DNA of 64,000 nucleotides from Veleropilina oligotropha (Eukaryota): NCBI GenBank assembly GCA_048128005.1, contig JBEUKZ010000016.1, positions 1 to 64,000 of the forward strand, read 5' to 3'. Shown piece by piece: positions 37,527 to 48,283 of this stretch (position 1 is its first letter; each line of letters starts with the position of its first letter). The notes under the pieces were generated by a model. It saw only the letters and a program-made list of their open reading frames with translations, ran no database searches and was not told where the DNA came from. The position numbers and the translations under genes were made by a program.

Positions 37527-40500
37527 AGGAGGACCATATTCAGCATTATGTGGAACATGTACAGTTTTACTGCGATGATTGAAACAGATTTCTGAACTTG
37601 AAACCACATGCAATGTTGTCATATAAATCAATGGTTAAAAATAATTGCAACGAGACTACAAAGTTAATGGCAGAGAATAGCAAACGAGTGACATGATTTG
37701 GGTAGTTTGCAGTTTAAGGGTCCCCAGGGTACTATTCGTTCATATACCCATGATAAATAACCAATTTGGACATGATTTATGGACATTACCTTACAATATG
37801 GGCATTAGGGTTTAGGAGTATATTATATGGGCATTAGGGTCAGTGTATTAGTAAGCAGGGTAGGCTAACCCTGTACTGGAGACCCTTAAACAGTAAGTTC
37901 CCCCCATGATTTGCGTCGGGTCAGCATGTCTGCGTGTGTTTACATTATACAGTTCAGTGTCAATCGATGCTTATGTTGCAATTTAACAACCTTCAGTGTC
38001 ATACTATACCAGGACAAGTTCATATAATCACCGGAGAAATGCCCTGTCACCTGAGAAAGTAGGTTTCTCCGGCCAGTTGCGGACAACTGCGACTGGTAAT
38101 TGAACAAAGTGGTCTAAAAGAGATTCGATCCCACCGCTGGTAAGCGAACTTGGAGCTCCATTATTAGTCGAACTGTATAAGGTGGGCCATATTCAGCATT
38201 ATGCAATACAGCTGGAACATTTGGTGCAGTTTCACTGCGATGATATAAGATTAAAATTGTGGGCAATACGGAGGCGGAAGTAATGCGTTTCCATCAACAG
38301 TGCATGGTTGTTAACCAAAATAAATATTCTTGTTTTAATATTTACGCTGAGAATTGTGGTAGCTGATTTCCTTGGGAAGGTTTTGCAGTATTTCACGTTT
38401 GTAAAGGCCTGTCTTCTTTATTCCCAAGATTAATCCATAAAAAAGAGTTATACATGGTAATTATACATAACAATTGAATACGTAAATCGATAGGCTGCTC
38501 CGACAGTCGTGTGGTTTCGGCTTCCGACGGTAAAAACCGCTGGCTTGATTCACCTAATACGAACAGTAGTGGTTTCGAATCTCGGATGAGTCATGACATT
38601 ATTTGTTTATATGAACATATCCGGCATTGAACCTGATGGTTGAAAATATACAGGACATTTAATCGATCCTTTTTTTAAATTTTATTAAATCAATAACTCA
38701 GTGCGATGTGCCAAGGTGCTACTCCAACAACGTTAGAGCCTGCTATAGTTCCTAATACCAGAGTTGGGAAGGCACGTCAACCAAGGTGCAAGAAAGTCAC
38801 TTCGATAGGGATGGAGATAAAATCGCGAACGCACATAGACAGGAGCTACAATTTTATATAATATATATCACGCATTTTAAAATTTATTCTGCTATGGCAG
38901 TGCTTATTACAATTTGAATGACTTGTCGCTTTTTTGGATAGAAGTATCAACATAAGTATAATACTGACATATGACTAAAGACGGATCCGCAGCGTAATTC
39001 CACGACGCTGCGATGTGCCATTACGCATAGCTACATCAAATCCGATCGTCCATAATATTCGGATAGGTAACGGGTATTTTTGGACAGCATTGGTTGACAT
39101 GGTGATCGTAGAAATATAAATGCTATGGCACGGTTGAATGGGATGTTTTGCCAAGTGCTGTGATATATTATTGTTCTTTGATTTAAATATATAGGTTTAG
39201 TTTAATTTGAATCGAGGTTTAGTGTCCTGTTTTTACCAACGTCCATTTTCATATCAGGTTATTTTATCCACTAAGATTACCCCATAGGCTCAATCCTCGG
39301 TTTACGGATGTTGGACTCTATTGTTTAAAGTGTTAGTTGAATGAGTTCTAGTCTCTAGTTATTATAATACACCAATATGTAACTTACATATTGCATATGT
39401 GCATCTTTAAATATGTTATACAATTTAATAGTTATAACGATTTTTGTTATCCGCCTCATAAAAACAAAGTGCGAACGCCCAGCTGTGTCGATCTCTGATG
39501 TGACGTCACGAGAGTATTGTAACAAATTTTCTGCTTTAGCGCTGACCTATTTCAGTGCTTGTTTACATGTTGTCAGCGTCATTTGTTACCCATTTATTTT
39601 GTGGTAATACTGTACGAATTCAGTATACACAAACTAAATATACTGAATTTAATTCTGATAATGCTTTACGGATGAAAAAATATTTTTTATTTAGGAACGT
39701 CTGCATTTGATTCAATCACTCAGCGCGGTACTCGATCGTTTTTCTTCGCGATTTGTGAAATCGTCATCCCTCAACGCAAAGAGGTGCAATAATGGAATTA
39801 CAGCGAATTTAAAGTCAGACCAGCGCTGTTAACTTCTTATAACAGTTATTTAACTGCAATATACAAATTGGAAAATTCTGTCAGTTTATGGATTGCAGAC
39901 GGCCAATCCGCCGCTGGTGTAGCGATGTTTCGGAGTCGCGTAAATTTGTTGACGAAGGCATGCGCTGTATTTGCTCAATTATTTCATTAAAACGTAATTG
40001 ATTAGTCTGAATAAATATATAATACCGGTACAGTACTTACTAAAAATAAGTTTATAGGCCTAGTTATAAATAAGGTTAGAGGCCGAAATAGTATGCATTG
40101 AAAGCAATGGGTTACTTATTTCTAATATCTTGCCTGTATGGTGATCTGCAAAGTTGTCAACCTATAATATGCAGTATATTACGGCTTGCATTTTTAATCC
40201 AATATTTGTTATAATCCGGTATATTTAATAAATCAATGAGCATTTTGTTATTTTGAATCAAATTTGTACAAATTTACGAACGTATGACCTCGAAATGTGA
40301 ACGGAAGGAGCACGCGCGGCTACCATGTCTGGTCCATTTTCAACGTAATGGGGGTGTCAGCTATTATAACTACTATGCATATGCAGACTAAATTTAATCA
40401 GCTGTATTAAAAAAAAGTATTTGATATGTTAAGCCAGGTACCATTATATTATTTTTGATGTACTTAATACATGTTACTACAGTACTGTACCATAATATAT

Positions 40501-42492
40501 AGTTACGTAATGAAATTAGATCCTTCCCAAACCCCCGTGACGTATGCCGGACCATTCAAATGTAAACAATACTGTTTCACGTGAACGAAAAACACTTGTT
40601 AGTAAAGTTTGATATAATTCAGTGACGCAAATAAAAATAAATCATATTTAAATATTCAATGAATGGATTTGAACTGCCGATCTGCATAATAGCACAAATT
40701 AAATGCTTGCTACCGCTCCCGTTCGATGGAACTGCTCATAGCATGCAGGCTGGTCGAATGTCCTCCACGACGATACGGTAGGCCTACGATTGATATCGCG
40801 AGTTCTTACAACGACGGTGCTAATATTATAACGAGCACGAAGTGTGAGCTCTATAGGTAACGTGTGTGTAGAAAATAATCAATGATCAACGAAATCTAGT
40901 GTACCCTTACCTTTCTGATTATTAGGACGGAAACGGGTTGCATGCTGGGATCGTTTAACGTTGATATGGGCCTTTTGCTTATGGGTATACATTTTATTTA
41001 TTTGTCAAGCGTGTCAAACGCGAAGCGCTTCCACATTAAACATGCATAGGACAGGCGCGCAGCGCCTGTCATAAATACTGAATTCCGCTGAAGTTTTAAA
41101 GCCAAGTCTGTTAGCGGTGACGTCTTTGCCTTGAATTCGCCAGTGTCGTCTTGGCAACGAGAAAATGATTCGGTAAATTCGCGGAGTTTACCGATCGATT
41201 CAAACTAAGAGAGTGTTGTGTACCTTATATGAATAAGTAACGGGCCCTAAGTAACGAACGTAATATACTAAACAAATACTTTAAATGGACGAGCCACAGC
41301 CATGTGCGCTTCGAGCCTTACGCCGCTTCCCTCGCTTCGATAACATAGGCATAGTGTATGTGTGTCGACTAGGCGGTGCGCAATACAAGTAATTTCACCG
41401 GTGCACATAAATAAAATATCCGTTACAAACAATATCGTTGCAACCCACTACATCGCTCCTCAAGTTCCAATATAAGTTTTACCATAACATAAAACTAAGA
41501 CCATGGAGCGGTCAAAGTTCGGGATACATCGAGCCAATAGTGGCAATACAATTATGTCAATAAACTAGTTGAAAGAATTAATAATTTATTATTAAATTTT
41601 TAATAACAAAATTAAATATTAGTTTAAACTTTGTACCCGGTAATTAGTTTTAATAATTATATGTATATATGTATCATATATATGCCATATCTGAGTGCTC
41701 GTTTCTAGGTAGCACCTACGACATATTAATTCATTATTGTATACGAGTAACGACACTCAGCCTATCGCCGACATTATAAGCATCCCGGAATTGATATGTG
41801 ACATTCAGTTGTATGCCATCGGAACAAAAATGTGCTGTGTAGAATATAACAACAATTCTCCGATAAATCGCTATCCCGAACGCATGTTGCCACAAGCCTT
41901 CAACGATTTTGGAAAAAAATAATGTTATATAATTATGTAGCCTACAATACTTCGTAATAATACTTCCCTCTTTCGTTTCTACAAAATATTAGTGTTGGTC
42001 CGGTTTTATTCCAGAGAAAAAACTGGTATCTGACGAACTGCCAATATCACGTTCCTTGTTGACAGCAACCATTCTGGCTTGAGGGATACTCATCATACGT
42101 CATGCGCGGAAAAACGAATAATAGCCGTTTACGCGTTGTTTTTAACGGAAGTCATCGTCTAGGTTATAAACATGCAAAACAAACATGTTTTCGATAATTG
42201 TTCAAAGATTCTAACCTTATATTGTTTTCATAGCATAAATCGTGTATTGTATACTATTAACTTGTCCAAGGAGAATATTTAAATGGCATTCAACTAACAC
42301 TTTAAACTGTTGATCATTATATAAGTATATATACATCAAATTAGGCTGATATTGTCCAAAAGTTGCCGTAAAACAAGTTGCCAGTCAACTGTTATCTGAA
42401 AGGAGTGTAACTGCATATATATATGGCAACTGCAAAACGATGTTTTTAATATATAATTATAGTCTATTGTCACTGAAGTTGAAAAAGGAATT

Positions 42493-42558
42493 CGCTGTAT
42501 ACAGGGAATTTTCCATTTGATTTCGAGTCCAACGCATTAACCTCTCGGCCATCACAGC
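42493..42558 (-). pseudogene. tRNA-Ser(CGA) pseudogene with T-arm deletion
   Basis: gatttcgagtccaacgcattaacctctcggccatcacagc matches the 5' half; B-box missing. Confidence 0.8.
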
Positions 42559-42567
42559 CCACATATC

Positions 42568-43800
42568 AGTAGTATGTGGGCCCCTTGAGGGTCAGATTCG
42601 GGTTCTAACCCCAGGTTTTGGGCGTTTCCCCTAACCCTAAGTAGGTCATCAACCCTAAGTAGGTCATCAACCCTAAGTAGGTCAACCCTAATGGGGTCAT
42701 CAACCCTAAGTCAACCCTGGCCCTAACCCAAGCCCTAACCCTAATTGGGTCAACCCCAACCCCCACCCTACCCCTAGCCCTAATTGGTATACCTAACCCT
42801 AATTGCTCACCCTAACCCAAACCCTAACCCTAATTGGGTCAACCCCAACCCCCACCCTAACCCTAGCCCTAAATGGTATACCTAACCCTAATTGGTATGC
42901 TCACCCTAACCCAAGCCCTAACCCTAATTGGGTCAACCCCAACCCCACACCCTACCCCTAGCCCTAATTGGTATACCTAACCCTAATTGCTCACCCTAAG
43001 TAGGTCAACCCTAATTGGGTCAACCCCAACCCCCACCCTAACCCTAGCCCTAAATGGTATACCTAGCCCTAATTGGTATGCTCACCCTAACCCAAACCCT
43101 AACCCTAATTGGGTCAACCCTAAGTAGGTCACCCTAAGTAGGTCAACCCTAAGTGGGTCAACCCTAAGTCAACCCTGGCCCTAACCCAAGCCCTAACCCT
43201 AATTGGGTCAACCCTAACCCCTCAACCCAAGCCCTAATTGGTATGATGGTATGGTCTATGTTAGCTAGTATGTGCGCATCGCCTATGTTAGCTAGTATGT
43301 TAGCTAGTGTGTTAGCTAGTATAGGTTAGCTAGTTTGGTCATGTTAGCTAGTATGTTAGCTAGTGTAGCCTAGTATAGGCTAGTATAGTCTAGTATGTTC
43401 ATAGTCTTCGTTGTTCAGTTCTGGTCTAGTATGATCGTTCTGTTCTATTTTTTTTATCTGGTCATGTTTGAGATATGTCATGAGTCATATTTCTGCGACT
43501 GTCTGTCATTGTTTTTTATTTCACGGTTAATAATAGCGTCCATTTTTAAAAATGGGGGTCATATTTCAACGCTAATGTCATATAATAATCCACCCGTTTT
43601 TAAATATGGCATTATTAATAATCTCTATTTTATAATCGCCATATGATGATCACATAAATTCGACTGGACTTGTGACGTCATGGAACATGTCTTGTTAGTT
43701 CTGCGACGTCATGGATCATGTCTTGTTAGTTCTGTGACGTCATGGATCATGCCTTGTTAGTTCTGTGATGTCATGGATCATGTCTTGTTCTGGACATGTC
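42568..43800 (+). repeat. Polinton left TIR with CCCTAA-variant array and 12-bp gttagctagtat repeats
   Basis: Reverse complement of ~58195-59413. Confidence 0.92.
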
Positions 43801-45590
43801 TCTAAACACTGTTCAACTCCCATATATCACCAGTCCGAATCTGATATCAAATAGTATTATTCATTAAGACTAAACTCTGTAATCCACTATCATTATATGT
43901 TACATTCTGATGTAATATAGAGAAAAATCACAATGTATAAGCAGATTGAACCGCCAATCTAGTTATGAACGCACTGAACTCTGTCCATATGTTCATTTAC
44001 AGCTTTGTTCAGAGTTTATTCGTGGTTCAAGGCATTATGAGTCAGGTTTAGTGATACCAACTTGGCAGAACTGGTGTGTCCACACACTGAACTCTGTTCA
44101 TATTTTATTCACAGCTTTGTTTGTACTGTGTTTATTCAAATGTATTTTCCAATGCTATAGACATGGACTACTGCCATTTGGCCAAATTGTTGCTTATACC
44201 AATGTCATGTGACATGAAGTTCTTTGTTCGGAATACGAGTAGCATAACATCGAATTATCAGCCGAAAATCTCGTATTAGGCTCCCGATAATAACAAGGTA
44301 TGTATAAATAGCGATGTCATTTTGAAAACGAAGAATTATTATTCTCAACGCTAATAGTATCATACAGCTCACAGCCTGACTACTGTCAAAGCTATTTATG
44401 ATTAATCAGTCATTACAAGGTAGGACACCGTTTTAGTTTCGTATTTTCGTAAACCATTATATGATCAATTAGTCTTTCTGACACTTGTACTCGTTCAGTC
44501 TATAATATAAATAGTAGACCGTTTTCATAGTATTATTGTAAACAGATTCTGCTGGTGCCCACACGTGCAAAACATGTCTGGACATGTCTGATCATGTTTC
44601 AGTGCCTGTCTACCATTGGTTTCTCACGGTAAAAAGCCAGGGGGACATATTTCAATGCTATTAGCATCTCCATCCAGTTTTAAATTTGGCATTATTAATA
44701 ATCTCTATTGTATAATCACCATATAATGATCACAGTAGTGACCACGACCGGCGTGGATAGTATACAATATAGCGCTGCGTACTGGTTACGTCATGAAATC
44801 AGGACATGTGAAGTTTAACAGGATGTCGGTCAATGCTGCAATTCAACTCTCTTTGTACTAAAATAGATCTGTGCTATTCTCCAGAGTGTTGACTAAAAAG
44901 GGGTCAGTTGGATACCATTACATTGCCTGCCTAGCTATGCTGGACTCACAGCCTGTGTTGAGATATCGCTTCACATGAATTGCCAAGAATTGCCATGCCG
45001 GACTAACAGACTGTGTTGAGACTATTAATGTCGCTGCCGGTAGCACATGTATTATCAGTTGAATAAATATATATTTATATTGCCCTTACGTGGTAAAGAA
45101 TATTGCCTTCGTGCATAAAATCAAGCCATACAGCAGTTAATGATACGTTGCAAAGAATATTGACTCTACTAAATTGGGTGCTGGTAGAATGGCATCTTCA
45201 CATTAAATATTATATGATTGACACAGTGAGCGAAATAGACTTACCAGTTTTAAGAGGTAAATCCCTGCTTTCCGTTATAACGAACTGTGTGGTAGAATGA
45301 CGGGCATCTTCGCATTAAATATTATATGATTGACACGGTGAGTGAAATAGACTTACCAGTTTTAAGAGGTAAATCCATGCTTTCCCTATAACTGTGTATG
45401 CACAAAGGCTGTCAACTTATCATACGGGTCTGAGGCTTGACTGAATAATCTGTATAATCTAGCAGCCAGGTGCTGACAGCCTTCTGACTGGCCCTATTTA
45501 CTAATTGATTATGTGTATTTAATCTATTCTATAATGGTATATAATAGAGGTTAAATTACTTATAATTAAACGTTTTGGTATAACTAGGGT

Positions 45591-45633
45591 ATTCTTTCAG
45601 AGGATTTTGGTGGCCCTGAAAAGGGCCGTTTGG
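45591..45633 (-). promoter_or_regulatory. Histone-type 3' stem-loop plus purine-rich downstream element
   Basis: Minus strand reads CCAAAC-GGCCCT-TTTC-AGGGCC-ACCA-AAATCCTCT-GAAAGA. Confidence 0.88.
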
Positions 45634-45649
45634 TGGTGCATAGCATGCA

Positions 45650-45925
45650 CTAAACGGGGTATGCTGTTACAACGTGCCGGGAGACAAGGATCGTGCGAAC
45701 AGAGTAGCAGGGCTGCCCGGTGACGCTGTAGCCTGTGATGCCATCAAATCTCCGCTCTCTTCGCTCCCTCTTGTCCGTGAGCTGCGTGGTGGTGTCCGGT
45801 TCTGCCGCTGTCTTTAAGATGTTGGAGCGTATGGTCTTCTCCAGCCCCGTAAACTCGGATTTCCCGGCATTCGAGCCGGGAAGATGCCCTCGAAAAACAT
45901 GTCCCCAGTTGACTGAGAAATACAT
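45650..45925 (-). CDS. 91-aa non-histone protein, putative polymorphic-toxin-like RNase
   Basis: TATAAATA at 45956-45963, CAAC-ATG context, GC-rich; HVxxGH...GKSxF...G...GQP...VVTAYP pattern; product assignment is inference. Confidence 0.65.
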   Translation of the reverse strand: MYFSVNWGHVFRGHLPGSNAGKSEFTGLEKTIRSNILKTAAEPDTTTQLTDKRERRERRFDGITGYSVTGQPCYSVRTILVSRHVVTAYPV

Positions 45926-46697
45926 GTTGGGATGAATTTTTCTTGAAAATCACAGTATTTATAGTTACTAAAAATAAATTCTATTTATATAAACTTATGT
46001 CATTTCAAAGCCATATGATTGGATGTCCATTTATTATTTAATCAGGCATCATTGTATTAAAATAATAATTACATTTTTAAATTAGTATTATATTTATATA
46101 GCATGTCTGTGGTATTAAAACCATTATTTAAATCATTACGCGGTTAAGTTTAGGTTATTTGGCGCACATATTTTGAAAAACGGTTTCCAGATCTGTCTCT
46201 ATTTTGGGGGGTAAACATCCGGCCCCCCTGATGACTTACCCAAAAAATAAATGCGCTATTTAATATATACACACACATGAGAACACAATCACTAATATTT
46301 AGGAGCTGCTTTGGTTATACTGTACACTTGCTAACAATTTCTTAATCAGATTTAATTTTTCGCTTTAGAATTACATAGCAAATACTTGAACAATTTTGAG
46401 CCAGTATGTCATTCTGTAGATATCCTATCGGATGGTGATTTAGTACTGCTATTAAAGTAACATTGTGTGGGTCAATTGGCGTGTTTAATATGTAACATGG
46501 TAACTATCATATACAAGTAATCACAGAATCATTTGGTGGTCCTGGCAGGCACTATATTTAGAATTGCGAAGTCAGCTGTATGACTCATTTGTTTTTGTGA
46601 CATTGCAACATCCAGCTATTTTAATAGAATGACGATTACGACTAGAATAGAATCATAGGCCTATATATATAAACAGTATCTACATGAAAATCATACC

Positions 46698-46952
46698 ATG
46701 GCTACTTCAACACCCTTTGATCGCGCCGAAGACAAGAAAAGGTCTGAAAATCATATGAAGTCACCCTTTGATCGCTCTGAAGACAAGAAAAGGACTGAAA
46801 ATTATATTTATTGGTCGGTAATGCGACAGGTGGAGATGTCCTTGTCAGAAGACGGCTGTTTAAATTATTTTAATATTGTCGATCATAGGAAATCTTGTCA
46901 TTGTATTGAATGTTCGGCAGAACGTCTATGTATATTAAGCCATCAACAGTAA
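46698..46952 (+). CDS. Possible 84-aa hypothetical protein
   Basis: TATA-like run at ~46662, ACCATGG start context, internal PFDRxEDKKRxEN duplication, C-terminal Cys cluster. Confidence 0.3.
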   Translation: MATSTPFDRAEDKKRSENHMKSPFDRSEDKKRTENYIYWSVMRQVEMSLSEDGCLNYFNIVDHRKSCHCIECSAERLCILSHQQ

Positions 46953-47414
46953 ATATATGTTTATCAACCATGCTAACTGTGTTGATCAATGAATATGGTG
47001 TGCGTGTGGTATATCGAATTGAGTGTCCCGTATATATATATAAATGATCGAATTTTGAGTGGACATCTTGGTATATATATATTTGAGAGGGCAGGCCGAT
47101 TGATCGCCAGTCTGTGTTACTCAAGGCGCAGTATAGTGTACTAAGCACACAAGTATTATTCGTAGTAACAATGGTGTTTCGAACTAGTATTTACTCTGTA
47201 CGTCATCCATTAAGTCGGGATTTGTGACTATAATGGGTTCGATCCCCGGCTGGGCTCAAGTTCAGTATTCTCATTACCATTATCACGGTGAGAACTGGCA
47301 AACACATTGGTGAAAATCACATTGGTGGGAAATAACATATTGACTTGTCCACATCTTGACTTGTCCACATTTTGACTTGCTTGTGGGAAATCTTGACTTG
47401 TACACATTTTGTCA

Positions 47415-48250
47415 TGTGTCCAAACACGCTATTTTTAGAGCCCACATGATGTCACGAGCTATTTATATTTACCAATCAGAGACAACTAGCATTGCACAAT
47501 ATGTTGGAAATCCCATGACTAAAAATAGTTTGGCGGGAAAAACATGACCAAACACGCTATTTTCAGAGCCCACATGATGTCACGAGCTATTTATATTTAC
47601 CAATCAGAGACCACTAGCATTGCACAATATGTTGGAAATCCCATGACTAAAAATAGTTTGGCGGGAAAACATGTCCAAACACGCTATTTTTAGAGCCCAC
47701 ATGATGTCACGAGCTATTTATATTTACCAATCAGAGACAACTAGCATTGCACAATATGTTGGAAATCCCATGACTAAAAATAGTTTGGCGGGAAAACATG
47801 TCCAAACACGCTATTTTTAGAGCCCCCATGATGTCACGAGCTATTTATATTCACCAATCAGAGGCAACTAGCATTGCACAATATGTTGGAAATCCCATGA
47901 CTAAAAATAGTTTGGCGGGAAAACATGTCCAAACACGCTATTTTTAGAGCCCCCATGATGTCACGAGCTATTTATATTTACCAATCAGAGGCAACTAGCA
48001 TTGCACAATATGGGGAAATCCCATGACTAAAAATAGTTTGGCGGGAAAACATGTCCAAACACACTATTTTTAGTGACCACATGATGTCATGAGCTATTTA
48101 TATTGACCAATCAGCGAGCGTCTCTTATCGAGCGATGGCAACAGCCAATCACGGCCAAGCTCTCTGTTTTCAACAGCCAATCAGCGATCACTTCCGGTCA
48201 TGTAATGATGTCATTGTTCTATTTATAGTAACAAGTCAGCTATAAATACT
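47415..48250 (+). promoter_or_regulatory. 127-bp tandem array (5 copies plus a partial) and pPolB promoter
   Basis: Each unit has TTTGGCGGGAAA, CCAATCAG and GGAAATCCC; further CCAAT boxes, CACTTCCGG, and TATAAATA at 48241. Confidence 0.75.
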
Positions 48251-48283
48251 CCTGAAAATGTGTAGATAATCATTAATGAAGAA

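Noticed and set aside
42628..43245. True chromosome telomere or telomere fusion
   Set aside because: Repeats are degenerate, internal, mirrored in both TIRs and bounded by Polinton termini with a TSD
45650..45953. Histone gene upstream of the stem-loop
   Set aside because: No histone-like sequence recognised in the translated frames
46228..46240. Second hammerhead at ctgatga
   Set aside because: No stem II followed by GAAA
47415..48115. CRISPR array (also considered for 37365-37526 and 650-900)
   Set aside because: Whole units repeat with no unique spacers, no cas genes, eukaryotic context
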